Below are positions 8,757 through 19,988 of a stretch of 26,554 bases of DNA, in pieces. Under the pieces are notes generated by a model that was not told the DNA's origin, searched no databases, and saw only the letters and a program-made list of their open reading frames with translations. The stretch is taken from positions 1-26,554 of the forward strand of contig JBDZWC010000030.1 of NCBI GenBank assembly GCA_040256005.1, written 5' to 3'. The position numbers and the translations under genes were made by a program. This DNA is from Deinococcaceae bacterium. Its GTDB lineage: Bacteria > Deinococcota > Deinococci > Deinococcales > Trueperaceae. The stretch's first letter is position 1, and each line of letters starts with the position of its first letter.

Positions 8757-9818
8757 ATGCTTCGCCGGTTCGGTCGCGTGCTCGCGGCGGTGTCTGTCAT
8801 CACGGTGTCGTCGTGGCTCACCTCGCCAGCGGTGGCGCAGGCACCGGGGTGTGGCGGGCTGGAGCGGCCGATCGTGTTCGGCGAGCTCGACTGGGAGAGC
8901 GCCCAGGTGGCGACGTGGATCGCCAGGCTGGTGCTGGAGACGGGCTTCGACTGCGAGACGACGGCGATCCCAGGCACCGTCGTGCCCCTCTACCAGGGCG
9001 CGATAAGGGGCGACGTCGACGTGATCATGGAGGTCTGGACCGACAACACGCCCGTGCAGTGGACGGACGCCGTGGCCGAGGGCGTCGTCGAGCAGGCCGG
9101 GGTGGCCTTCGACGATGCGGTGCAGGGCTGGTACGTGCCCCGCTACCTCGTCGAGGGCGATCCGGACCGTGGGATCGCCGCAGCGGCGCCGGAGTTGCGG
9201 TCGGTCTTCGACATCCCGCGCTACAAGGAGCTGTTCCGCGACCCGGAGGACCCGAGCAAGGGACGGTTCTACAACTGCGTCATCGGCTGGCAGTGTGAGC
9301 TGGTGAACTCGGTCAAGCTGCACGCCTACGGCCTCGACGACGACCTGACGAACTTCCGGTCGGGTACGGGCGTGGCGCTCGCGGCGGAGCTGGAGGGCGC
9401 GTACCGGCGCGGCGACCCGTGGCTGGGGTACTACTGGGGGCCCACCTGGGTACTGGGCGAGCTGGACCTCTACATGCTCGACGAGCCGCCCTTCAGCCAG
9501 GAGTGTTGGGACGCCTTCACCGCCCTCGTAGACCGGCCCGAGGAAGCGGAGTCCGCCTGCGCCTACCCCACCTCCACCGCGGTGGTCGGCATCGGCTCGC
9601 GGTTCGTCGAGGACGCGCCGCAGGCCGTGCGCGCGTTCCTGGACGCCTACCACGGCAACAGCGCCATGCTCTCCCGCGCTCTGGCGTACATGCATGCCAA
9701 CGACGCCACGCCGGAGGAGGCGGCCCGCCACTTCCTGCTGGAGAAGAGCGACGTCTGGGGCGCATGGCTCCCGCCGGACGTCGCCGCCAGGGTCGCCGCG
9801 GCGTTCGACGCGCCCTAG
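8757..9818 (+). CDS. Glycine betaine/proline-type ABC transporter substrate-binding protein (ProX/OpuAC family)
   Basis: Signal peptide ending AVA-Q; ProX-family segments LDWESAQ, MEVW, GWYVPRY, CVIGWQC, YYWGPTW. GAGAGG precedes ATG 8757 (alternative GTG at 8742). Confidence 0.87.
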   Translation: MLRRFGRVLAAVSVITVSSWLTSPAVAQAPGCGGLERPIVFGELDWESAQVATWIARLVLETGFDCETTAIPGTVVPLYQGAIRGDVDVIMEVWTDNTPVQWTDAVAEGVVEQAGVAFDDAVQGWYVPRYLVEGDPDRGIAAAAPELRSVFDIPRYKELFRDPEDPSKGRFYNCVIGWQCELVNSVKLHAYGLDDDLTNFRSGTGVALAAELEGAYRRGDPWLGYYWGPTWVLGELDLYMLDEPPFSQECWDAFTALVDRPEEAESACAYPTSTAVVGIGSRFVEDAPQAVRAFLDAYHGNSAMLSRALAYMHANDATPEEAARHFLLEKSDVWGAWLPPDVAARVAAAFDAP

Positions 9819-9821
9819 ACC

Positions 9822-10706
9822 GTGGCCGGGGTCCTGTCTGCCGAGTTCCCCTCAGCCTGGCAGGTCCCGCTGAGGGAGTGGACCAACGCGTTCGTCGACC
9901 GCCTCGTCGACGACTACTCGGCTGCGTTCGACGGGGTCTCCAGCGCCCTGCTGTTCGCGCTCGCTCAGGTAGAGCGCGCCCTCCTCTCCCTGCCCTGGTG
10001 GTTGGTCGCGCTGGCCCTCGCGGCGCTCGTCTGGCACGCGACCGGCCGCAGGTGGATGAACGGGGCCCTCGTCCTGGTCGCCCTGGTCCTCGTCGGCAGC
10101 TTCGGGCTGTGGCCCCAGACGGTGACGACCCTGGCGCTCATGACGCTGGCCTCCGTCACGTGCGTGATCATCGGCGTGCCGCTCGGCGTGCTGATGGCCA
10201 GGAGCGCGGCGTTCAAGGCGTTCCTGCGCCCGATCCTCGACCTCATGCAGACCATGCCGAGCTTCGTCTACCTCGTGCCGGTCGTGATGTTCTTCCGCTT
10301 GGGCAACGTCTCGGCCCTCTTCGCGACGATCGTCTACGCGATCCCGCCGGTGATCCGTTTGACCGACCTGGGCCTGCGCTCCGTCGACAGGTCGCTGGTC
10401 GAGGCGGCGGAGACCGCGGGAGCGAGCGAGGGACAGGTGCTGCGGTACGTGCGCTTGCCGCTGGCCCTGCCGACGGTCGCAGCCGGTGTGAACCAGACGA
10501 TCATGCTGGCGCTGTCCATGGTCGTGTTGGCGTCGATGATCGGCGCCAGGGGCCTGGGTCAGGAGGTCTTGCGAGGCCTCCAGCGCGGCGACGTCGGGTT
10601 GAGCCTCGAGGCCGGGCTCGCCATCGTGCTGCTGGCCGTGATCCTCGACCGGGTCACCGCCGGCTATGGCAGACGCCTGGACCCGGACGCCGAGGAGCGC
10701 GGCTGA
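9822..10706 (+). CDS. proW: Glycine betaine/proline ABC transporter permease (ProW family)
   Basis: Multiple TM helices; PILDLMQTMPSFVYLVP, PPVIRLTDLG, EAA loop, GVNQTIMLALSMVVLASMIGARGLG. Confidence 0.9.
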   Translation: MAGVLSAEFPSAWQVPLREWTNAFVDRLVDDYSAAFDGVSSALLFALAQVERALLSLPWWLVALALAALVWHATGRRWMNGALVLVALVLVGSFGLWPQTVTTLALMTLASVTCVIIGVPLGVLMARSAAFKAFLRPILDLMQTMPSFVYLVPVVMFFRLGNVSALFATIVYAIPPVIRLTDLGLRSVDRSLVEAAETAGASEGQVLRYVRLPLALPTVAAGVNQTIMLALSMVVLASMIGARGLGQEVLRGLQRGDVGLSLEAGLAIVLLAVILDRVTAGYGRRLDPDAEERG

Positions 10707-10823
10707 TCCGCGCCGGCCCTGCACGCGTATGGAGATATGGAACGTGCCGAGGTTACCGGAGAGGTCCCCGCACAAGAACTAGACTGCGCCCACCAGTAGG
10801 CGCCTGGAAGTGAGGAGGCGAGC

Positions 10824-11759
10824 GTGCCCGTCAACCGCCTTATCGAGTTGCCAGAGGAAGAGGTGACCCCGGAGGAGATCTACCTCAACCGGCGGTCGTT
10901 CATGAAGGGGGCCGTCGCCCTGACGCTGGGCGCGGTCGCCAGCCGCGCGCTGGGTCAGTCCGGCGAGGGCTCAGAGATCGACCTCTCCGAGCTGGGCACG
11001 ACGGACGAAGCCCTGACGGACTACGAGGCCGTCACGACCTACAACAACTTCTACGAGTTCGGCTACGAGAAGTCGGACCCGTCGCGCCGCAGCGGCGACT
11101 TCGTCACCGAGCCGTGGTCCATCGAGATCGGCGGCCTGGTAGAGCAGAGCGGCACGTTCCCGCTCGAGGAGATCGTCTCCCAGTTCGAGCAGGTGAGGCG
11201 CGTCTACCGCCTGCGTTGCGTCGAGGCGTGGTCGATGGTGATCCCGTGGAACGGCTTCATGCTGCGTGACCTGCTCGAGGCCGTGCGGCCCACGCCGGAG
11301 GCCCGGTTCGTGGCCTTCGAGACGGTCTTCCGCCCCGAGCAGATGCCCGGCCAGAGGCGGGGGATCCTGCCGTTCCCGTACGTCGAGGGGTTGCGCCTGG
11401 ACGAGGCCATGCACCCGCTCACGCTGCTCGCCACCGGGCTCTACGACCGGCCCCTCAAGAACGCCAACGGCGCCCCCATCCGCCTGGTGGTGCCCTGGAA
11501 GTACGGCTACAAGAGCATCAAGTCCATCGTCAAGATCACGCTGACGGCCGAACAGCCGCCCTCGACGTGGAACATCTACGCGCCGCACGAGTACGGCTTC
11601 TACGCGAACGTCAACCCGAACGTCGACCACCCGCGCTGGAGCCAGGCTTCCGAGCGGCGCATTGGCGAGTTCCGGCGCCGCGACACGTTGATGTTCAACG
11701 GCTACGGCGACCTGGTCGCCGACATGTACGAGGGCATGGACCTGGTCAGGAACTTCTGA
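10824..11759 (+). CDS. msrP: Protein-methionine-sulfoxide reductase catalytic molybdoenzyme subunit MsrP (YedY)
   Basis: GAGGAGG SD; Tat motif [27 protein letters not shown] (Mo-ligand Cys); [30 protein letters not shown]. Confidence 0.97.
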   Translation: MPVNRLIELPEEEVTPEEIYLNRRSFMKGAVALTLGAVASRALGQSGEGSEIDLSELGTTDEALTDYEAVTTYNNFYEFGYEKSDPSRRSGDFVTEPWSIEIGGLVEQSGTFPLEEIVSQFEQVRRVYRLRCVEAWSMVIPWNGFMLRDLLEAVRPTPEARFVAFETVFRPEQMPGQRRGILPFPYVEGLRLDEAMHPLTLLATGLYDRPLKNANGAPIRLVVPWKYGYKSIKSIVKITLTAEQPPSTWNIYAPHEYGFYANVNPNVDHPRWSQASERRIGEFRRRDTLMFNGYGDLVADMYEGMDLVRNF

Positions 11760-11791
11760 GCGCCCAGCGGGACAGCGTGTCGGGCGGAGCG

Positions 11792-12499
11792 ATGGTGGCG
11801 GGCGACCGGCAAGGTCGCGCTCGTTCAGCGCCGAGCCGGGCTGGGAACAAGGCGGCCCAGAAGCGTTGGCGGCGCATCAGCCACCTCGGTCTGTGGGCGC
11901 TGACCCTCACCCCCGCCGTCGTCACCCTCATCGACACGTTCACGTGGAACCTGGGCGTGGACCCCATCGAGACGCTGACCCATCGCACCGGCTGGTGGGC
12001 CATAGTCCACCTCGCGGCCACGCTGGCCGTTACACCGCTCAGGCGCCTCTTCGGCTGGCACTGGCTCGTGAGGTACCGCAGGCAGCTGGGGTTGGGCTCG
12101 TTCATCTACGCGTCCTTGCACCTGGGCGTCTACGCGTTCCTCGACCTGGGACTCGACTTCTCGCACCTGGCCGAGGACATCGTCGAGCGACCCTTCATCA
12201 CCGTGGGCTTCACGTCGTGGTTGATCCTGTTGGCTCTGGCGCTCACCTCCACCACGGCCTCGATGCGGCGCCTGGGCAAGCGTTGGACGATGCTGCATCG
12301 TCTGGTGTACGTCGCAGCCGGCCTGGTCTCGCTCCACTACATCTGGGGCCAGAAGGTGCTGGAGACGCAACCGCTCCTCTTCGCCGTGCTCTTCGGCGTC
12401 CTGCTCGCCGCCCGCGTCTTCTACTCGTGGTGGAAGCGTCGCGCTCGCCCGGCGCGTAGCCTGGCGACCCGGCGAACGGTAGCCGAGCCTCGGTCCTAG
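11792..12499 (+). CDS. msrQ: Heme-binding membrane subunit MsrQ (YedZ)
   Basis: Directly after msrP; LGVDPIETLTHRTG, RRQLGL, YASLH, RPFITVG, LALTS, LGKRWTMLHRLVY. Start is approximate (ATG 11792 after GGAG). Confidence 0.94.
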   Translation: MVAGDRQGRARSAPSRAGNKAAQKRWRRISHLGLWALTLTPAVVTLIDTFTWNLGVDPIETLTHRTGWWAIVHLAATLAVTPLRRLFGWHWLVRYRRQLGLGSFIYASLHLGVYAFLDLGLDFSHLAEDIVERPFITVGFTSWLILLALALTSTTASMRRLGKRWTMLHRLVYVAAGLVSLHYIWGQKVLETQPLLFAVLFGVLLAARVFYSWWKRRARPARSLATRRTVAEPRS

Positions 12500-12551
12500 C
12501 GCGGCCGGGCGGCCGGGTGACCTCTCAGCGTCGGCGCGTGTAGCCTCGGGC

Positions 12552-13115
12552 ATGGGTTCGAACGGTCAGGACGTGACGCTCTCGGGCGCACCGGACGGCA
12601 AGGGTCTCGCGGTGGGCGAGGTGCCTCAGGAGTCGCACCTCGTCGCCTACTCGGAGTCGGCCTCGCGCGACGGCCGTCGCCTCGTCGTAGGGGCAGTGGT
12701 GACCGACGGCGCCGGCCGGGTCTTCGTGCAACGGCGCAGCCGGGACCGCGAGCTGTTCCCTGGCACCTGGGACGTGGTGGGCGGCCATGCGGAGACCGGC
12801 GAGGACGCTCTCGCCGCACTGCGTCGCGAGGTGCTCGAGGAGACCGGCTGGCGAGTGCTGACCTTGGGGCCCATAGTCGAGCTGATCGACTGGGAGGCCA
12901 ACGGTGTCAGCCGCCGGGAGGTGGACCTGCTCGTGACCGTGGACGGCGACCTGGCTGCGCCCGCCCTGGAGGCCGGCAAGCACGACGAGTGGCGCTGGCT
13001 GGGGCGCGGCGACACCGCACTGCTCGACGAGGGACGCCGCGCCGAGGACGTCTGGCTCAGGGGCATGATCGAGCGCGCGCTGGACCTGCTGGAGAAGACG
13101 GCCTTCGGACGCTGA
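12552..13115 (+). CDS. Nudix hydrolase (Idi-like N-terminal segment)
   Basis: Nudix box GGHAETGEDALAALRREVLEETG, preceded by QRRS...FPGTWD. TAGCCT lies 5 nt before the ATG. Confidence 0.88.
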   Translation: MGSNGQDVTLSGAPDGKGLAVGEVPQESHLVAYSESASRDGRRLVVGAVVTDGAGRVFVQRRSRDRELFPGTWDVVGGHAETGEDALAALRREVLEETGWRVLTLGPIVELIDWEANGVSRREVDLLVTVDGDLAAPALEAGKHDEWRWLGRGDTALLDEGRRAEDVWLRGMIERALDLLEKTAFGR

Positions 13116-13155
13116 GGCTACCGGCGCCGACGCGAGTCGCCTCCCCGGGAACGCC

Positions 13156-15012
13156 TCAGTCTCCGACGTCGGCGAGCGAGCCGGCACGCAACGTGGGATA
13201 GAGGGTCCGGTAGACCGCGAGGTTCTCGTACACGCGCTGGAGGTACTCGCGCGTCTCGCTGCGGTCGATCTCGCGGTAGAACTCGTCCTTGTCGCCGGCC
13301 ACGTAGTCGGCCTCGAAGATGCGCCTCACGTAGCCCTGACCCCCGTTGTAGGAGGCGATGACGAGCTCGACGTCCCCGTCCCAGTAGTTCATCAGCCAGG
13401 CGAGGTAGGTCGCGCCGTACTGGATGTTCGCCGTGACGTCGAAGGGGTCGCGCGGCGCCTCGCGCCTGAGCTCCGCGATCCAGTCCCACGTGGACGGGAC
13501 CACCTGCATCAAACCCTGGGCGTTGGCCACCGACACCGCGACCTCGCTGAAGGCCGACTCCTGCCGCATCACGGCCCAGATCAGGGCCGGGTCCACGTCC
13601 TCGTCCGCCGCGGCCGCGAGCACGGTCTCCGGCCACGCCGGCGGGTAGGCGAGTCGCCACGCGCGCAGGTCGGCGACCCCCGCTGACAGCAGCTCGCGGG
13701 CCGCCCGCACGCTCTGGCGGTACTCGTCCATGCTCTGCAGCCCCTCGGCGATGGCGAGCACGGCCGCCGTGTCGCCGGCGCGCTCGGCGCGGCGCAGCGC
13801 GAAGGTCAGCTCGCCCACCGCGGCGTCGCGCTCGTGAACGGCCATCAAGGCGAAGGCCAGCGTGAGGGCCGCGTCCGGTCCCGTGGCCGCGTCGGCATCC
13901 GCCTCCGAGCTCCGAGGTCCGTCGGCCGCGGCAGTGGCCGGGTCGGGCACGGCGGGCGGGTCGCCCAGCACCAGGGCGAAGAACGAGCCGTACGGCACGA
14001 GGCCGCGCGCCCGCGCCGCCGCGTCGGCGTCGCCCAGCCGCGTCGCCAGGACGTAGGCCCTGTAGGCGGAGTCGTCGGCGTAGGTGCTGCCACCCTCGGC
14101 CAGGCGCAGGTAGATGGGTACGGCCTCCGCGTAGCGGTCGCGGCCCTCGAGGATGCCGCTCGCCAACCACAGCAGGTCAGCCCTGCCCGTGCGGGCGAGC
14201 AGGGCGACGGCTCCGTCCACGTCGCCGGCGCGGTTGGCCAACAGCGCCAGCCCGTAGTCGCCGTCCCTGCCGAGCGCGGCGAACGCCGCCCGGGCCTCTT
14301 CGTCGCGGCCGAGGTAGTAGAGGCACCACGCCTCGCCGGAGAGAGCGGTCTCGTTACCCGGCGCCTCGGAGAGCCAACGCCGGTATGCACCCAGGGCCTC
14401 CTCGTAGCGGCCGAGCGCGCGCAGGGAGGGCGCCTCGATCGAGGGCGCCGTGAGGTCGCCCAGCGTCTCCAGCGCCCGGGTGTACATGCCGGCTGACTGG
14501 AAGGCAGCGGCCAGCCTGTAAAGGTCGGGTGCGGTGCGCGTGACGCCTTCGATCGCCTGGAGGTAAGGCAGCGCGGCGGCGTAGGCATCGAACGCGGCAG
14601 CCGTGTCACCGGCCTCCTCGTGCAGGCGGCCTAGCTCGAGCCGCAGCGACCGCTCCTCTGCCCGCCTGAGCGCGTCGTCCACACGCAGCTCGAGCGCCCG
14701 CTCGAGCGCCTCCGCCCTGACGCGCGCGGGCTGCGACTCGAGGCCAGACAGCTCCAGCGCGGCGAGGTACGAGCTGTACTCGTCGGCGCCGAAAGCCAGG
14801 GCGCTCAGCTCCTCGGCGTCGCCTGCGGCGGACGCCGTGCGCAACCGTCTGTAGGGGGCGAGCAACTCGTCGTCGAAGGGGTCGAAGACCGCTCGCATGA
14901 GCCGGGGGTCGGTACCCGCCACGGCGCCGTCGCCCGGCGGCCCCAACGACAACGCCAGGGTGGCCAGAGTGGAGAGCACTAGGGTGATCAGGGCGGCGCC
15001 GCGGAAGGTCAT
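13156..15012 (-). CDS. Soluble lytic transglycosylase (SLT domain) with TPR-like helical repeats
   Basis: C-terminal SLT motifs VMRQESAF (catalytic Glu), GLMQ, ASYNGG, ETREY; N-terminal hydrophobic segment after Met 15012. Start is uncertain (the ORF is open to 15093). Confidence 0.9.
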   Translation of the reverse strand: MTFRGAALITLVLSTLATLALSLGPPGDGAVAGTDPRLMRAVFDPFDDELLAPYRRLRTASAAGDAEELSALAFGADEYSSYLAALELSGLESQPARVRAEALERALELRVDDALRRAEERSLRLELGRLHEEAGDTAAAFDAYAAALPYLQAIEGVTRTAPDLYRLAAAFQSAGMYTRALETLGDLTAPSIEAPSLRALGRYEEALGAYRRWLSEAPGNETALSGEAWCLYYLGRDEEARAAFAALGRDGDYGLALLANRAGDVDGAVALLARTGRADLLWLASGILEGRDRYAEAVPIYLRLAEGGSTYADDSAYRAYVLATRLGDADAAARARGLVPYGSFFALVLGDPPAVPDPATAAADGPRSSEADADAATGPDAALTLAFALMAVHERDAAVGELTFALRRAERAGDTAAVLAIAEGLQSMDEYRQSVRAARELLSAGVADLRAWRLAYPPAWPETVLAAAADEDVDPALIWAVMRQESAFSEVAVSVANAQGLMQVVPSTWDWIAELRREAPRDPFDVTANIQYGATYLAWLMNYWDGDVELVIASYNGGQGYVRRIFEADYVAGDKDEFYREIDRSETREYLQRVYENLAVYRTLYPTLRAGSLADVGD

Positions 15013-15156
15013 GCTCTTGGGCAGCAGCGTAACCCGGGTCGCCGACCAACGGGTGAGCAGAACTCCGCGTTGCCGACGTGACGTTCTACCCACCTATCCA
15101 CCTTCGGTTGTCCTTCGAAAAGTCGCCTGTCGCCCCAGTTCGGTACCTGGTTGCGC

Positions 15157-15162
15157 TAGAAT
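15157..15162 (+). promoter_or_regulatory. Putative -10 element (TAGAAT) for gfh1
   Basis: Near-consensus hexamer about 95 nt upstream of the ATG; no good -35 seen. Confidence 0.45.
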
Positions 15163-15255
15163 GCGGCGCACAGATCGGGTACCGCACGGCTTGCCCTTGT
15201 AAGCGAGGGCAAGCCGCTTCCTAACGGGACCGACAACACCTCCCGGAGGTTCCTT

Positions 15256-15729
15256 ATGACGATGAGAGTGCGAGTCACTCAAGAGGGATACGAGCGCCTA
15301 CAGGCCCTGCTGGAACAGGAGCGCGAGCGCCTGGAGGAGGCCACGCGCATCCTGCAGGAGCTCACCGGCTCGTCCGACGACTACGACGACTCCGGGCTGG
15401 AGGACGCCAAGACCGAGAAGGCCCGCATCGAGCAGCGCATAGACGACCTGGAGGACCAGCTCGACCGAGCCCAGATCATCGAGGACCAGGCGTCCGACCG
15501 AGTGGACCTCGGCTCCCTCGTCAAGGTCGCCGAGGCCGGTAAGAAGCAGGACGAGTTCACGGTCCAGATCGTGTCTCCCGTCGAGGCGGGCGTGCTCGAG
15601 GGCGACATCCCCAAGGTGTCGGACGAATCGCCTCTGGGCAAGGCGCTCATGGGCCGCGGTGTGGGGGACGAGGTCGACGTCACGATCAACGAGAAGACCA
15701 CCCGGTACGTGGTCAAGGAGATCGCTTGA
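15256..15729 (+). CDS. gfh1: Gre-family transcription factor Gfh1 (RNA polymerase secondary-channel inhibitor)
   Basis: GreA fold. The coiled-coil 'ERERLEEATRILQELTGSSDDYDDSGLEDAKTEKARIE' closely resembles Thermus Gfh1 as I recall it (DDYDD tip) rather than the GreA GDLSENAEY tip. C-terminal ISxxSPxGKAL-type motif; GGAGGT SD. Confidence 0.9.
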   Translation: MTMRVRVTQEGYERLQALLEQERERLEEATRILQELTGSSDDYDDSGLEDAKTEKARIEQRIDDLEDQLDRAQIIEDQASDRVDLGSLVKVAEAGKKQDEFTVQIVSPVEAGVLEGDIPKVSDESPLGKALMGRGVGDEVDVTINEKTTRYVVKEIA

Positions 15730-15767
15730 GCAGGCACTCTTCGGCCAGCGGCTAAGCTGGGCGCCGC

Positions 15768-17251
<1,484 letters not shown>

Positions 17252-17255
<4 letters not shown>

Positions 17256-18700
17256 GCGCCCGACCGGGGGCGGGGCCCGTGGCCGGCGGCACGCCGGAGT
17301 GGGTCAAGGACGCGGTCTTCTACCAGATCTTCCCCGACAGGTTCGCCACCTCGGAGCGGCTGGTGAAGCCCGCGAACCTCGAGCCCTGGGGTTCGCCGCC
17401 TACGGTGCATGGCTACAAGGGCGGCGACCTGCTGGGCGTCGCCGAGAGGCTGGACCACATAAGGGCGCTCGGCGTCACGGCGCTCTACCTCAACCCGGTC
17501 TTCCAGTCGACCGCGAACCACCGCTACCACACTCACGACTACTACCGGGTCGACCCTCTCCTGGGAGGCGACGGCGCGTTGCGCGAGCTGCTCGAGCGCG
17601 CTCACGAGCGCGGCATGCGCGTGATCCTCGACGGCGTCTTCAACCACGCCAGCCGGGGCTTCCTGCAGTTCAACGACGTGCTCGAGAACGGGGAGAAGAG
17701 CCCCTACCTGGACTGGTTCTTCGTCAACCGGCACCCACTCAACGCCTACGGCGGCGGCGAGCTGGGCTACCAGGCGTGGTGGAACCTGCCCGCGCTGCCC
17801 AAGCTGAACGTGGCCAACCCGCGCGTCAGGGAGTTCCTGCTCGACGTCGCCGCCCACTGGCTCAGGTTCGGGGCGGACGGCTGGCGCCTGGACGTCCCCG
17901 CAGAGATCGATGACGACGACTTCTGGCGCGAGTTCAGGGTGCGCTGTCGTGCGGTGCGGCAGGACGCCTACATCGTCGGCGAGATCTGGGACGCCGCGGG
18001 CAGGTGGCTGCAGGGCGACATGTTCGACGGCGTCATGAACTACCCGCTCGCCAGGGCCGTCTACGGCCTGGTGGGCCGCGACCTGGACGCAGCCGAGGCG
18101 GCCAAGAGCGGCCTGGGCCACATGGAGCGCATCGACGCGGCCACGTTCGCCAAGCGTATGGGCGAGCTGGTCACGCGTTACCCGGAGGAGGCCAGCTTCG
18201 GGCAGCTCAACCTGCTCGACTCACACGACACCCCCCGGCTGGCCACGATCCTGCGCGGCGACGAGACCGCGATCCGCCAGGCCCTGCTGCTGCTGTACGC
18301 CTTCCCGGGCGCACCGTGCCTCTACTACGGCGACGAGATCGGGCTGAGGGGCGGCCACGACCCGCGCAACAGGGGCACGATGCCGTGGTCCGAGGAGCCC
18401 ACCTGGGACATGGAGCTCATGACCTACGTGCGGCGTCTCGGCGCCCTGCGCGTCGAGCTCGAGCCGCTGCGCCGGGGCTCCGCCGAGGTGCTCAGCGTAG
18501 GGGGCGCTGTGGTGGTGAGGCGGGAGTCGGCCGCGGGCGTGGCGTGCGTGGTCGTGAACGCCTCCGACACGCCGGTGGAGCTATCCGGCCGGGCTCTACC
18601 AGCCGAGTCTCACAGCGACCGCCTGGGCGACGGGGGCAGGCGGGAAGGCGCGTTCACGCTGCCCGCCAGGGGCATGGCGCTGCTGACGCCGGCCGACTGA
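17252..18700 (+). CDS. GH13 glycoside hydrolase, neopullulanase/cyclomaltodextrinase-like
   Basis: WVKDAVFYQIFPDRF; conserved regions DGVFNH, LPKLN, GWRLDV (nucleophile), EIW (acid/base), LDSHD; YYGDEIG. ATGA overlap with lysS. Confidence 0.93.
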
Positions 18701-18752
18701 ACCGGGCGCACGTCGCAGGTGGCGCCAGCGGGCCGAGCCCAGCCTTTCCGCG

Positions 18753-19820
18753 TCAGCCCTTGATCAGCTCGATGCGGCTCTCGTCGCCGACGATCAACCG
18801 GTGCGAGCTGGGCCTGCCGTCGTGACCCGAGACGATGACGTCCTCGCCGATGAGGCTCGCCTGTATGCGGGCGCCGACGCGCTCGATCGTGGTCCCGGCG
18901 CCGACGACCGTGTACTCGAGCTCGGCGTCGACGACCAGCACGTCGTGGCCGATCGTCGTGAAGGGGCCCACGTAGGCGCGCTCGAGCCGTGAGCCCGCCG
19001 CCACGATGGCCGGCCCGAAGATCGTGGAGCCCCTGATGACGGCCCCCTCCTCGACGAGCACCTCGCCGACCAGCTCGCTGTCCTCGACCGTGCCGTCGAC
19101 GCGGCCCTTCAGGCGCCCCAGCACGAGGCGGTTGGCGTCCAGGATGTCCTCCGCCTTGCCGGTGTCCTTCCACCAGCCCGACACGACCACGGGGGCGACC
19201 CTGTCGCCCGCCTCGATCATCCGCTGTATCGCGTCGGTGATCTGGTACTCGCCCTTGGCTCCGGGCTCGAGCCCGTCGATGGCGGCGTGCACCTTGGCGT
19301 CGAAGACGTACACGCCGGCCACGGCCAGGTTGCTGGGCGGGTCGGCCGGCTTCTCGACGAGCCGCTCGATCCGGCCGCCCTCGACGACCGCCACGCCGAG
19401 TTGGCGGGGGTCCGGTACCTCGACCAGAGCGAGCACGGCGTTCACGCCGGCGCCCGGGTCGTAGGCCGCGACGAAGTCCTTGATGCCGTGCTCGAACAGG
19501 TTGTCGGACAGGTACATGACGAAAGGGTCGTCGCCGAGGAACGGGCGCGCGACCTTGACGGCGTGAGCCAGGCCGAGCGGGGGGTCCTGCATCACGTACT
19601 CGAAGCGCGCGCCCCTGTAGCCCTCGAGTGTCTCCCGGATGGGAGCCTCGGTGGGAGGGCCCACCACGACGCCGATGTGATCCACGCCGGCGTCCACCAG
19701 GTTGTCGACCGCGTAATGGATGAGCGGCTTGTTGGCCACCGCGATCGTGGGCTTGGGCCTCAGGCTCGTGAGGGGCCGCAGCCTGGTCCCCAGGCCGGCG
19801 GCCAAGATCAGTCCCTTCAT
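18753..19820 (-). CDS. Glucose-1-phosphate thymidylyltransferase, long form (RmlA-long type)
   Basis: LAAGLGTRLRPLT, PKP..VANKPL, PLGLAHAV, LVEKP, GEYQITDAIQ, WWKDTG; C-terminal hexapeptide/beta-helix region. Confidence 0.92.
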   Translation of the reverse strand: MKGLILAAGLGTRLRPLTSLRPKPTIAVANKPLIHYAVDNLVDAGVDHIGVVVGPPTEAPIRETLEGYRGARFEYVMQDPPLGLAHAVKVARPFLGDDPFVMYLSDNLFEHGIKDFVAAYDPGAGVNAVLALVEVPDPRQLGVAVVEGGRIERLVEKPADPPSNLAVAGVYVFDAKVHAAIDGLEPGAKGEYQITDAIQRMIEAGDRVAPVVVSGWWKDTGKAEDILDANRLVLGRLKGRVDGTVEDSELVGEVLVEEGAVIRGSTIFGPAIVAAGSRLERAYVGPFTTIGHDVLVVDAELEYTVVGAGTTIERVGARIQASLIGEDVIVSGHDGRPSSHRLIVGDESRIELIKG

Positions 19821-19973
19821 CGGTTGCCCTCTCTACACGCTGGCGCCCGAATGTGAGCCGCCAGAACCGTTCGTGTCTACCTCGGGGACGATACCGTGAG
19901 CGACTGGCAGCGGTCTGAGAGGCGCGCACACGGCTGACACGCCATGCGGGCGTCCGGCGGTTCCGGGAGCCGC

Positions 19974-19982
19974 TGCTAGCAT
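19974..19982 (+). promoter_or_regulatory. Extended -10 (TGC-TAGCAT), probable leaderless promoter of the GldC-like gene
   Basis: TGnTANNNT ends 6 nt before ATG 19989; no SD present. Confidence 0.6.
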
Positions 19983-19988
19983 GGCGGG

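Noticed and set aside
9419..10813. 464-aa alternative-frame ORF, and similar Arg/Gly/Pro-rich ORFs (13118-14170, 18610-19929, 19833-21140)
   Set aside because: Shadow frames of well-supported genes, expected from high GC3 codon bias; no motifs.
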